32,000 bases of DNA from Enhygromyxa salina (lineage in GTDB: Bacteria; Myxococcota_A; Polyangia; Nannocystales; Nannocystaceae), in contig NZ_JMCC02000029.1 in assembly GCF_000737335.2 (NCBI RefSeq), forward strand, positions 67,447-99,446, in the 5' to 3' direction. The notes under the pieces are model-generated. The model saw only the letters and a program-made list of their open reading frames with translations. It did no database searches and had not been told where the DNA came from. Below are positions 9,939 to 18,691 of the stretch, in pieces. The translations under genes were made by a program, and so were the position numbers. Every line of letters begins with the position of its first letter. Within the stretch, counting starts at the first letter, position 1.

Positions 9939-11081
9939 GTGGCGACCCAACACCTCGTGCTCGTTCCTGGCTTCTTCGGGTTCGTGAACTTTGGTCCCCT
10001 GATCTACTTCGCCCACGTCCGCGAGCTGCTCGAGAGCGAGTTTCGGGCGCGGGGCTGCGACGTTCGGGTGCATCGGGTCCGCACGCATCCGGTCGCGTCG
10101 CTGCGCCAGCGCGCTCGAGATCTGCGCGACGTGATCGCCGAGCTGCCCGACGACGGCCCGGTCCACGTCGTTGGCCACAGCACCGGTGGGCTCGACGCGC
10201 GCTTGGTCACCAGCCCCGGGGTGGATCTCGGCCCCGGCGAGGTCGAGGTCCACGCGGCCAGGGTTCGCAGCGTGATCTCGGTCTGCACCCCGCACCGCGG
10301 CTCGCCGCTCGCGGGTCACCTCGCCGGGATGATCGGCGAGCCGCTGCTGCGCTCGGTCTCGATCTTGACGGTGCTGTTTCTGCGGCACGGCAAGGTCCCG
10401 GCTCACTTGGCGCTGCGCCTGGCGCGGGTGCTGGTGGGCGAGGGGCTGCTGCCGAACACGCCGGTGCACGTGGTGCTGCAGACCCTCGAGCGCGAGGCCG
10501 CCGACGCCCTCGAACAAGACTGCAAGACCGAGGACGAGCGGCTCTCGGTCGCGGACTTCATGCGCGAGCTTCGAACCGAGCCGCACCTGATCCCGCAGCT
10601 GATGCCGCAGGCGCTCGACCTGTTCAACGCGGGCGTCTCCGAGCGACCCGGGGTCCGCTATGGATCCGTTGTCGCCCGGTGCCCGGCGCCCAACTTGCGC
10701 TCGCAGCTGCGGGTGAGCGGGGGCCCCTACGAGCACGCGACCCATGCCTTCTTGCAGTGGCTGTACCGGCGCGCGACCCCGCTCTCGCCGGACTTTCACG
10801 TGCCCTTTGACGAGCAACAGCGCGGAGCCATGCGCGCGGCTTGGGGGGCGTTGCCCACCGCGGCCGACAACGACGGGATGGTGCCAACGGCTTCGCAGGT
10901 CCACGGGCGGATCATTCACGTGGCGACGGCCGATCACCTCGACGTGATCGGGCATCTACACGATCCCAACCACGAGCCCGCGCACCACGACTGGATCTCC
11001 TCGGGCTCGGGGTTTGGCCACAAGAGCTTCGAGGCGCTGTGGACGGACGTCGCGGGGGCGATCCTCGAGGCGTCTCCATAG
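9939..11081 (+). CDS. Alpha/beta-hydrolase, lipase/esterase-like
   Basis: 380 aa with a GTG start at 9939. HLVLVPGFFGF comes first, then the nucleophile elbow VHVVGHSTGGLDARL (GHSxG). Further motifs: SVISVCTPHRGSPLA and a late DGMVP...HLDVIGH (candidate Asp/His). Confidence 0.75.
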   Translation: MATQHLVLVPGFFGFVNFGPLIYFAHVRELLESEFRARGCDVRVHRVRTHPVASLRQRARDLRDVIAELPDDGPVHVVGHSTGGLDARLVTSPGVDLGPGEVEVHAARVRSVISVCTPHRGSPLAGHLAGMIGEPLLRSVSILTVLFLRHGKVPAHLALRLARVLVGEGLLPNTPVHVVLQTLEREAADALEQDCKTEDERLSVADFMRELRTEPHLIPQLMPQALDLFNAGVSERPGVRYGSVVARCPAPNLRSQLRVSGGPYEHATHAFLQWLYRRATPLSPDFHVPFDEQQRGAMRAAWGALPTAADNDGMVPTASQVHGRIIHVATADHLDVIGHLHDPNHEPAHHDWISSGSGFGHKSFEALWTDVAGAILEASP

Positions 11082-11230
11082 CGCGGGTTCGCGGCCGCGC
11101 GCGCGCGCGGGACGGGAGGAGATCTCCCGGCCGTCGTCAGCTCACCCGAGCCGACAACCTTGGCTGATCCGGAGCCGGATCGAAAAAAAATCTCTCGGAG
11201 GGGGTCACAGCAGGATCAACTCGACGCGAA

Positions 11231-11599
11231 ATGCCGACAACAGAAAAAGTGGCAGTTTCATTTGGGGCACACGTCAAGCGTCTCCGCGAAGTCCGACGGC
11301 TCACTCAAGAAGAGTTGGCGGAACGGAGCGGGCTCGCAGCCGACACAATCAGGCGCCTGGAGCATCAGGACTTCTCGCCCTCCCTCCGAACCTTGCGAAA
11401 GGTGTGTAGGGGCCTGGGTTTGTCGGTTGCGGCCATGTTTACCTCCTTCGAGCTCGAGGGCGTCCCGGAGGAGATCGCCCGGATCAACGGCCTGTTGGTC
11501 GGGCGCTCTCCCGCCGAGCTCAAATTGGTCGAGCGGGTACTCGCGACATTGTTCGAAGAACTCGACCGCGGTCCCGGGTCGGGGGCCGAATCGAGTTAG
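11231..11599 (+). CDS. XRE-family (Cro/C1-type) helix-turn-helix transcriptional regulator
   Basis: 122 aa. FGAHVKRLREVRRLTQEELAERSGLAADTIRRLEHQDFSPSLRTLRKVCRGLGLSVAAMF is a canonical HTH_3 pattern. G+C is lower than in the neighbours. The TAG stop at 11597-11599 overlaps the first unit of the palindrome array. Confidence 0.85.
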   Translation: MPTTEKVAVSFGAHVKRLREVRRLTQEELAERSGLAADTIRRLEHQDFSPSLRTLRKVCRGLGLSVAAMFTSFELEGVPEEIARINGLLVGRSPAELKLVERVLATLFEELDRGPGSGAESS

Positions 11600-11790
11600 C
11601 GCATCGGATCGCTATCAGTGCGCAGGGATCGCGATCCCTGCGCAGGGATCGCGATCCCTGCGCACGGGATCGCGATCCCTGCGCACGGGATCGCGATCCC
11701 TGCGCATCGGATCGCGATCCTTGCGCATCGGATCGCGATCCTTGCGCATCGGATCGCGATCCCTGCGCACTGGATCGCGATCAGTGCGCA
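11598..11790. repeat. Array of nine contiguous 20-21-bp units, each with a TGCGCA box and a GGATCGCGATCC palindrome; candidate operator, iteron or centromere-like array
   Basis: TGCGCA boxes (the first degenerate, AGCGCA) start at 11598, 11619, 11639, 11659, 11680, 11701, 11722, 11743, 11764 and 11785. Between them lie (G)GGATCGCGATCC(C) cores. The first core is degenerate (GGATCGCTATC) and the last is truncated at its 3' end (GGATCGCGATCAG). There are no spacers between units. I count 17 GATC sites in 193 bp. Confidence 0.9.
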
Positions 11791-11914
11791 CCGCTTGGCG
11801 GCGTTTGGCGAAGTGTCGCGAACGTGAGCGAGCTGTCGTCAGGCTGTGCGCATATGACTTGACGTCGGCGCGGCGAGCGTTGTTGGTTGGCGCGCGAGTC
11901 GGTAGTCTGCGTCC

Positions 11915-12661
11915 ATGAAGCGGGCTGCTCAGGTGGTCTTTGCAACGGTCTGGTGGCTGACCTTCGCGCTCGTGTGTGCGGTGATGTTTGTCGGCGCGAC
12001 CGTGTGCTTCATGGTGACCGTGCCGTTCGACAAGCGCCGCGTGATCCAGCATCTGTACTCGTGCTTCTGGGCGCAGATCATGTTCTACCTCAACCCGTTT
12101 TGGCGGCTGCGGATCACGGGCCGCAGCAAGCTGCCGTGGCGTGGCAAGGCCGTGCTGGTCTCGAACCACGAGTCGCTCGGGGACATCTTGGTGCTGTTCG
12201 GGCTGTATCGTCCTTACAAGTGGGTCAGCAAGGCGGCGGTGTTTCGGTCGCCGTTCTTGGGTTGGAACATGCACTACAACGGCTACGTCCCGCTGCGCCG
12301 CGGCGACAAGGCCAGCATCGTGGAAATGAGCAAGCGCTGTCACGCGTGGCTCGACATGGACATGCCGATCCTGATGTTTCCAGAAGGCACCCGCTCCCCC
12401 GACGCGGAGGTCAAGGCGTTCAAGGACGGGGCGTTTCGTCTGGCGGTAGAGGCCAATTGTCCGCTGTACCCGATCGTGCTGGTGGGCACCTCCGACACGC
12501 TGCCCAAGCACGGCTTGATGGTGAAGATCGCCGCCAAGTGTCATGTGCAGGTGATGGATCCGGTGGATCCGCAACAATTCAAGGGCGATGTCGCGGCGTT
12601 CCGCGACCACGTGCGCGAGCTGATCATCGCCGAGAAGGCGCGGATCTTGGCTGCACGCTGA
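11915..12661 (+). CDS. Lysophospholipid / 1-acyl-sn-glycerol-3-phosphate acyltransferase family protein (PlsC-like)
   Basis: 248 aa with an N-terminal TM segment. HX4D motif: VSNHESLGDILV. Also present: FPEGTRS and a downstream PLYPIVLVG block. Confidence 0.85.
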   Translation: MKRAAQVVFATVWWLTFALVCAVMFVGATVCFMVTVPFDKRRVIQHLYSCFWAQIMFYLNPFWRLRITGRSKLPWRGKAVLVSNHESLGDILVLFGLYRPYKWVSKAAVFRSPFLGWNMHYNGYVPLRRGDKASIVEMSKRCHAWLDMDMPILMFPEGTRSPDAEVKAFKDGAFRLAVEANCPLYPIVLVGTSDTLPKHGLMVKIAAKCHVQVMDPVDPQQFKGDVAAFRDHVRELIIAEKARILAAR

Positions 12662-12779
12662 CGCACGCAAAGAACGCCGGAACATGGCCGGAAGATGGCG
12701 TTGCTCTTGGTCGCAACGACGACATGCTTGGATTCGCGCACGCAGTTGTGAGGCCCGCAGGGCCGCGCGAAGGAACAAG

Positions 12780-14621
12780 ATGCCAAGCCGACTCGAGTCA
12801 TTCTTTGCCAGCGTCACCGCCTTGCTGGTGGTCATGTTGCCCGGCCTCGCCTTCGCAGGCCCGCCAGGTGGGTCGCCGCCTGCCGAGCAAGTCGTCGTGG
12901 ACCCGGGCCCGCCCGGTGTTTTAACAGTGCGGTGGTGGAGAGAGCTGCTGGGCCCGGTTGCGACTGATGACGTCGTGCAGCTGGGCTGGCGCTTGCTCGC
13001 GGGCGTGTTGCTGTTCATCGGCGGCTGGCTGATCGCAAAGTTGTTGGCGTGGGTGGTCTATCGCGTGCTGGTCAAGACCAGCTTCGACGACAGGCTCGCC
13101 AGGCGGCTTGGAATCGAGACGCTGGTCCAAGACACGAAGCGCGTGGACGGGACCCCGGCGGATCCCAACCGGCTCGAGCGGGTCACGGCCAGGGTCGTGT
13201 TCTATCTGTTGATGGCGCTCGTGGTCGTCGCCGTGCTCGAGTTTGCCGGGCTCGAGCAGGTCGCCGCGCCCATTCAGGGCTTCGTTGCGACCGTGGCCCA
13301 GGCGCTGCCGCTGATCGGCAAGGCGTTGTTGATCTTGTTCGTGGCCTACGTCGTCGCGCTGCTCTCGAGCAAGGTCGTCGTCAAGGCGCTGCAGGTCATG
13401 GGTATCGACAAGCGCTTCGCCGAGCTCGACGAGAGCCCCGCGGAAGCGCTGGAGCCGGCGGGCGTCCCACCAGCGGTTCGCGTGGACGCAGCTGGCGTGG
13501 ACACAGCTGGCGAGGTCACGCCAGTCGGGAAGCTTCGGTTCTCGCAGGCCGTCGGCAAGGTCGTGTTCTGGCTGGTCATCCTGCTGGGCCTGGCCGGGGC
13601 CGTTGACGCCCTGCAGATCCCCGCGATCTCGCGCCCGCTCAGCAACGTGATCAACTCGGTCATGAGCCTGCTGCCGGCGCTGGGTGTCGCGGCGTTGATC
13701 GGGATCGGCGGGTGGATCCTGTCCAAGATCGTGAGGCTCGTGGTCACCCGCGCGCTCGAGTCTTTGGGGTTTGACACCCTGGTCGCCAAGCTGCGGCTTT
13801 CGGGTCTGTTCGGCAGCTCGACGCCGAGCAAGGTCGCCGGCTGGCTAGCGATGGCGTTCATCCTGATCGAGACCGCGATCGCGGCGCTCGAGGCGGTCGG
13901 GCTCGAGACCCTGTCGGTGCCAATGGCCGCCATGATGGCGCAGTTTTGGCTGGTCCTCCCTTCGCTGTTGCTCGCGATCGTGATCGTGGTCGTGGGTGTG
14001 TTCATTGGCCGGCTCGCGCGTGGCATCACCCAGCGGACCCTCGAGGGCGTCGGCTTTGATCGCTGGATGGACAAGATCGGGTTTGGCCACATCACCGAGC
14101 GCGAAGATGATCTGGCCAAGCCTTCGGGGCTCGTCGGGTTTGTGGTCCAGGTCGGGATCGTGCTGCTCGCGACCGTGCAGGCGTTCACCAGCTTGGGGCT
14201 GCACCTGTGGGCCAGCTATCTGGACGCGCTGTTGCTGTTCGCGGTCACGCGGGCCGCGGTCGCGCTGGTGATCGTTGGGATTGGGTTCGCCGTCGGCAAG
14301 TACGTGCGGGATCTAATCGAGGCGCGGCAGCGGGCCGGTCAGCCCAAGCCTGGCCCCGGTGTGGACCCGCGCCCGGTGTGGATCGCCGAGTTTGCCCGCT
14401 ACGTCGTGCTGGTGTTCGCCGTCACGATGGCCGTGCATCAGCTCGGCTTCGCGGATGACTTCGTGCTGCTGAGCTTCGCCCTCTTGTTTGGCGCGCTGTG
14501 TCTGGCGGGGGCGCTGGCGTTTGGGCTTGGCGGGCGGGAGGTCGCTGGCGAGATCGTCCGCGAGCGCTACCGCAAGGCCAAGCACGGCAGCGTGATCATG
14601 TCGAAGCCCCCCGGCGAGTAG
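12780..14621 (+). CDS. Integral membrane protein with repeated 'conserved TM helix' modules (MscS-N-terminal-like)
   Basis: Track ORF is 12684..14621. I prefer ATG 12780, which is preceded by gaaggaacaag, a possible weak purine-rich RBS (no clean AGGAGG match). This gives the signal-like MPSRLESFFASVTALLVVMLPGLAFAG. At least four copies follow the pattern hydrophobic helix, basic stretch, then L..LG[FI]D (e.g. GGWILSKIVRLVVTRALESLGFDTLV and GVFIGRLARGITQRTLEGVGFDRWM). Confidence 0.6.
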   Translation: MPSRLESFFASVTALLVVMLPGLAFAGPPGGSPPAEQVVVDPGPPGVLTVRWWRELLGPVATDDVVQLGWRLLAGVLLFIGGWLIAKLLAWVVYRVLVKTSFDDRLARRLGIETLVQDTKRVDGTPADPNRLERVTARVVFYLLMALVVVAVLEFAGLEQVAAPIQGFVATVAQALPLIGKALLILFVAYVVALLSSKVVVKALQVMGIDKRFAELDESPAEALEPAGVPPAVRVDAAGVDTAGEVTPVGKLRFSQAVGKVVFWLVILLGLAGAVDALQIPAISRPLSNVINSVMSLLPALGVAALIGIGGWILSKIVRLVVTRALESLGFDTLVAKLRLSGLFGSSTPSKVAGWLAMAFILIETAIAALEAVGLETLSVPMAAMMAQFWLVLPSLLLAIVIVVVGVFIGRLARGITQRTLEGVGFDRWMDKIGFGHITEREDDLAKPSGLVGFVVQVGIVLLATVQAFTSLGLHLWASYLDALLLFAVTRAAVALVIVGIGFAVGKYVRDLIEARQRAGQPKPGPGVDPRPVWIAEFARYVVLVFAVTMAVHQLGFADDFVLLSFALLFGALCLAGALAFGLGGREVAGEIVRERYRKAKHGSVIMSKPPGE

Positions 14622-14811
14622 CTGCGACCTGTGAGTCGCTGCTATCGCAGCAATCTCGAGAGCGTACCCGGCGCAGGCCTGGTGCGCTCTGTGCGTTCGT
14701 AACCGTGTAGCGATGTGGTCGTACGTGCGCGGTGACAGACCACAAATGCGATACTCGAGCGGACGTGTCGATCCACCCGAGCTTCGCACGTCGACATGTC
14801 GGAGCCCTCCC

Positions 14812-16161
14812 ATGACCGTACGCGAGACCGCCGCCTACCCGCCTGGATCAGCGCCGCGCGCCAGCGCGACGCCACAGACCGATGCTGCCACGCTGTTTGC
14901 CCCTCAGACCCAGCAGACGCTGGTCGCAGACGCGTCGCAAGAGACGCTGGTCGCCGATCGCCAGACCGACTCCATGCAGCAGACGCTGATCGCCGGCGAC
15001 AGCGGTGGCAAGTCGGGGCCCGGCCAGACGCTCTCGGGGGCGACCCGGGGCCACGCGACCGTGCTGCCAGACGTGCGCAGCGAGGGCGACCGGCTGATCA
15101 TCGTGCCGCGGGATCAGACCCGCTACGAAGGGGACAAGCTGCTCGGGCGGGGCGGCATGGGTGAGGTCAAGCTCGCCCACGATCACGACATTGGCCGCAA
15201 GGTCGCCGTCAAGCGCCTGCTCGATGACACCGACCCGCACGCGGTCGCGCGCTTCATCGACGAGGTCCGCACGGTCGGCAGCCTCGAGCACCCCAACATC
15301 GTGCCGATCCACGACGTTGGCGTCGACGAGGACGGGGCTTTGTTCTTTGTCATGAAGTACGTCGAGGGCGAGACCCTCAGCTCGATCGTTCAAAAGCTGG
15401 CCGCGGGCGACGCTGGCTACCACAAGCGCTACAGCTTCGAAGCCCGGCTGGATCTGTTCGCGGGCCTGCTGCGGGCCCTGCAGTACGCACACAGTCAGGG
15501 GCTCGTGCATCGGGACGTCAAGCCAGAGAACATCATGGTGGGGCGCTACGGTGAGGTGGTGCTGATGGACTGGGGCATCGCGCATCTGATGCGCACCGAA
15601 GATCGGGCTGGCAACCTGGCCGCGCTGGATCGGGCCTCGACTGAGACAGTGGACGGCGCCGTGGTCGGCACGCCGCAGTACATGTCACCCGAGCAGGCGA
15701 CCGGGCAGGTGGCCGATCTCGACGGGCGCAGCGATCTCTACAGCGCGTTCGTGGTGCTCTACGAGTTGCTGACGTTGGTGCCCTACGTCGAGGCCAAGCA
15801 GACGGCGATGCAGACCGTGCTCGCCGCGGAGGAGCGGTCGTTGGCGTCGGGGGTCGATCACAACTTCGAGAACCCCCATCAGGCCGCCGTGCCGGTCGAG
15901 CTGAGGTACTTCTTGCGGCAGGGGCTCGCGCACGACAAGAACCAGCGCTACGCGGACGCGCTCGAGGCGATCGAGACCCTCGAGCTCGTGCGGGCCGGCG
16001 ACTTTGCCGTGACCTGCCCGGTCACGTTCATGAAGTCCAACAGCACCAAGATGGGTCGGTTCATGGATCGGCACCCAGCCGGATCCATGATGTTCGCCAC
16101 CATGTCGGCGCTGGCGTTCTTGGGTGGCGTCGCTGGCTGGGTCATGTGGGCGATCGGTTGA
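14812..16161 (+). CDS. Hanks-type serine/threonine protein kinase with C-terminal membrane anchor
   Basis: Motifs: GRGGMGEVKLAHD...KVAVKRL (P-loop and Lys), HRDVKPENIMV, MDWGIA, GTPQYMSPEQ. The C-terminus MMFATMSALAFLGGVAGWVMWAIG is a TM helix. I prefer ATG 14812 (MTVRETAAY...); the track ORF starts at 14713. Confidence 0.85.
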   Translation: MTVRETAAYPPGSAPRASATPQTDAATLFAPQTQQTLVADASQETLVADRQTDSMQQTLIAGDSGGKSGPGQTLSGATRGHATVLPDVRSEGDRLIIVPRDQTRYEGDKLLGRGGMGEVKLAHDHDIGRKVAVKRLLDDTDPHAVARFIDEVRTVGSLEHPNIVPIHDVGVDEDGALFFVMKYVEGETLSSIVQKLAAGDAGYHKRYSFEARLDLFAGLLRALQYAHSQGLVHRDVKPENIMVGRYGEVVLMDWGIAHLMRTEDRAGNLAALDRASTETVDGAVVGTPQYMSPEQATGQVADLDGRSDLYSAFVVLYELLTLVPYVEAKQTAMQTVLAAEERSLASGVDHNFENPHQAAVPVELRYFLRQGLAHDKNQRYADALEAIETLELVRAGDFAVTCPVTFMKSNSTKMGRFMDRHPAGSMMFATMSALAFLGGVAGWVMWAIG

Positions 16162-17584
16162 TCGCGGCCGCCACGGCGGCGTCCCAGTCGATGTCGGTGC
16201 GGACGCCCACGTAGGAAGGGAAGCGTGGGACGCCCGCGTCGGTGAGCTCTTGATAGCGGACCGTGATGATCTCGCCGCTGCTTGGCGGGTTGTCGCGCTC
16301 GGCGTCGGACAGCCCCGTGCCAACCTTGAACCGGGTGCCGTTGGGGAGCTCGAGCAGCAGGGCCCCGAGCCGGCCTTTGTGGCGGCCGGTGCCTGGCTGG
16401 TGGCCAATGATCCGGGCCTCGGTGTCGAAGAAGGTCTTGACCTTGAGCAGGGTGTCGGACCGGCCTGCGATGTAGTTTGAGCCGGGCTTGCGCAACATCA
16501 GGCCTTCGCCGCCCAGCGCCTCGACCCGCTTCAGCTCGGCCTGCATGTCGTCGACGCCGGTGCACACGCGATGCTCGAGGACGTTGGCGTGGGCCCACGG
16601 CTGCTTGCGGAAGTGATCCTCGAGCTGGGCGATGCGCCCCTCGAAGCCCGCGTTGAGACCGGGTCCGTCGAAGATCACGAACGAGAGCCCGCGCCAGGCC
16701 GCGCCCGCGTCGGCCCGCCGGGCGATCGAGACGGCCTGCGCAAACTTGCCGCGGCCGGCGAACAGCTCACCGTCGAGCGGGAACGAGGGCAACCCTTCAA
16801 TGAACCACTCCGGGGCCAAGTAGGCGTTGCCAAGCCGCGACACGAAGCCCTTGCCGTCCCAGTAGGCCCGCACGCCGTCGAGCTTCTCGCTCATCCACCA
16901 CCCGGTTGGATCTTGCTGCTCCCAGCGGTGCGCGAGCAGCAACGCGGGCGCGTCCGATGGGGTGACGGCGCGCTGCGGGAGCGTGCCGCCCTGGGCTTGC
17001 AGCCGGTCTTGCTCGGCAGCCTCACCCCGCAGGTTTCGAAGGTGCTTGCAGGTCCGGCGATCGATCGCCAGCGATTGGTTGCGCCACGCCGGGCAGGTGC
17101 ACGAGTACACGCCGCCGACGTTGCGCAGCGTGTAGACGCTCGAGCCCGAGCCTTTGACGGTCGTCTCGGCGCCGTCGGGTAGCGGATCCGGGCTTGCGGA
17201 GCCCTGCGGCGCGGCGGAGCTCTGCGGCGCCGCAGAACTCTGCGGCGCGGCGGAGCCCTGCGGCGCGGCAGAGCTCTGCGGCGCGGCAGCGGGCGGAGCT
17301 GCGGCAGCGGGCGGGGCTGCGGCAGAGACTGGAGCCGCCGCGAGCTGCGCCGCTGCGCCGACGCTAGCCGTGTCGGCGGTGCCCTGCTCGACGTAGCCTT
17401 TGCCGGTCTTCGCCAGGATCTGCTTGTCCGCGTCCGCTTCGGCCTTGGCGGGCGTCGGGTAGCTCTTGGTCTTCGACTGGCCGTCGGTCCCGATCCGCCC
17501 CCACTGCGTGGTGACCTCGTTGCCTTGCTGATCGATCTGCCAGAACTTGTTCGATTTTTGATCGCGGTATTCGAAGCGGCGCAT
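16142..17584 (-). CDS. WGR domain - SWIM zinc finger - ATP-dependent DNA ligase (LigE-like core) fusion protein
   Basis: 480 aa. WGR: MRRFEYRDQKSNKFWQIDQQGNEVTTQWGRIGTDGQSKTKSY. Low-complexity linker: (AAPQ[SG]S)5. SWIM CxC..CxH: YSCTCPAWRNQSLAIDRRTCKHL. Ligase motifs: I SEKLDGVRAYWDG, III LDGELF, IIIa FVIFD, IV EGLMLRK, V LLKVK, and an OB-fold tail ...VPRFPSYVGVRTD. Confidence 0.85.
   Translation of the reverse strand: MRRFEYRDQKSNKFWQIDQQGNEVTTQWGRIGTDGQSKTKSYPTPAKAEADADKQILAKTGKGYVEQGTADTASVGAAAQLAAAPVSAAAPPAAAAPPAAAPQSSAAPQGSAAPQSSAAPQSSAAPQGSASPDPLPDGAETTVKGSGSSVYTLRNVGGVYSCTCPAWRNQSLAIDRRTCKHLRNLRGEAAEQDRLQAQGGTLPQRAVTPSDAPALLLAHRWEQQDPTGWWMSEKLDGVRAYWDGKGFVSRLGNAYLAPEWFIEGLPSFPLDGELFAGRGKFAQAVSIARRADAGAAWRGLSFVIFDGPGLNAGFEGRIAQLEDHFRKQPWAHANVLEHRVCTGVDDMQAELKRVEALGGEGLMLRKPGSNYIAGRSDTLLKVKTFFDTEARIIGHQPGTGRHKGRLGALLLELPNGTRFKVGTGLSDAERDNPPSSGEIITVRYQELTDAGVPRFPSYVGVRTDIDWDAAVAAAINRSPT
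17196..17285. repeat. Five tandem 18-bp units encoding the (AAPQ[S/G]S) linker of the ligase fusion
   Basis: Units of gc[g/a]ga[g/a]c[c/t]ctgcggcgc[g/c] start at 17196, 17214, 17232, 17250 and 17268. Confidence 0.85.
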
Positions 17585-17663
17585 GGGTAGAAGCCGCGAG
17601 TATACGCGTGTTCGCGAGTGGCAACATTGACTCCATCAGTCGTCATGACCCCCACAGGCGGCT

Positions 17664-18689
17664 TCACTCGCCCCCGCCGTCGCTCGAGTCGGTGTTGGTG
17701 GGCGGGGTTGAAGCTGGCACGTGGGGCGGCTCGTTGGACTCGGCTGACCCGAGCGAGTGGGGCGTTGGCGCGATCCATGCGAGCGCGACCAGGAGCGCGC
17801 CCACGCCCGCCAGCATCGCGAGCTCGCGGGCGCTGAGCGGAGGGTCGTCGGCCACGCTCACGGGCGGCGCAGGCCGCCGAAGCACACGAGCAAAGACCCG
17901 CGCCCACGGGTAGCTCCAGGCCACGAGCAAGACCGTGGCCATGACGTACATGATGTGGAGGAAGGCCAGGGTCCCCACGTGGAAGCTGATCAACAAGGTC
18001 CCCCAGATCATCCGCCCGCGCGGGCCCGTCAGGTAGATCCACGCGCCGGCTTGGATCACCACGACCGAGAGCGCCAGGCCGACGCCGATCTGCGGGTGCG
18101 TGACAACCAGCTGGGCGATCCGCCCGATGATCGAGGTGTCATCGATGTGGTGATGGTGCAGGACGTAGATCTGGAACGAGTGATCATCGAACAACCCGCC
18201 GGCCATCAGCTTTTGCAGCCCCGCGTTGGCGTAGGTCGCAGCCAACGCAGCCGCAGCCCCGGCTTCGGCCAGGCGTTCGCTGCGATCATCGTTGGCGCCG
18301 CGCGACCGGGCGAAGATCAGCCCGCACAGCCAGCCAAACAGCGCCGCGCCCACGCTGTAAAAGCGGCGGCGATGCTCGCCCACGTGGGCGGCCATCGCCT
18401 CGACGAGCACCGCCATCGCTACCAGCGCCAACAGCCCAAACCACAGCTGCGTGCGCTTGCCCCGAGCGAGGCCAGCGATGCCAACCAGCGCGAGCCCGCA
18501 CAGCGCGACGATCGGCCAGACCAGCCCGTCGAGCGTGACCAACCACGCCGGGGACCAAGCGGGCGAGTCCTCGGGCGGGGGGATGAGGAAAAAATTCTCG
18601 ACCACGCCATACAGGCTGATCAACAGCACGATCGCCAGCACCCAGCGCAACCCGGGCCGGCCGCCATCACCGTGGACAGACGCGCTCAT
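17664..18689 (-). CDS. Polytopic integral membrane protein of unknown function (about 8 TM helices)
   Basis: Track ORF is 17664..19082. ATG 18689 (MSASVHGDGG...) lies 2 nt after the stop of the upstream gene. Multiple hydrophobic helices are present, plus a HHHHIDD motif. I recognise no family. Confidence 0.6.
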   Translation of the reverse strand: MSASVHGDGGRPGLRWVLAIVLLISLYGVVENFFLIPPPEDSPAWSPAWLVTLDGLVWPIVALCGLALVGIAGLARGKRTQLWFGLLALVAMAVLVEAMAAHVGEHRRRFYSVGAALFGWLCGLIFARSRGANDDRSERLAEAGAAAALAATYANAGLQKLMAGGLFDDHSFQIYVLHHHHIDDTSIIGRIAQLVVTHPQIGVGLALSVVVIQAGAWIYLTGPRGRMIWGTLLISFHVGTLAFLHIMYVMATVLLVAWSYPWARVFARVLRRPAPPVSVADDPPLSARELAMLAGVGALLVALAWIAPTPHSLGSAESNEPPHVPASTPPTNTDSSDGGGE

Positions 18690-18691
18690 GG

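Noticed and set aside
11165-11191. Hairpin GATCCGG-agc-CGGATC followed by an A8 tract, a possible intrinsic terminator
   Set aside because: On the plus strand the stem is followed by A residues, not U. On the minus strand the T-run precedes the stem, and no minus-strand gene ends there. It is more likely part of the AT-richer promoter region of the XRE gene.
11598-11790. CRISPR array interpretation of the 20-21-bp repeats
   Set aside because: The units are contiguous with no unique spacers, the period is too short, and no cas genes are nearby. I call it a tandem palindromic repeat instead.
17598-17623. Near-consensus sigma70 hexamers TTGCCA and TATACT (minus strand) upstream of the ligase fusion gene
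   Set aside because: The spacer is only 14 nt, outside the functional 16-19 nt range. It remains possible with an alternative -35, but there is not enough support to call a promoter.
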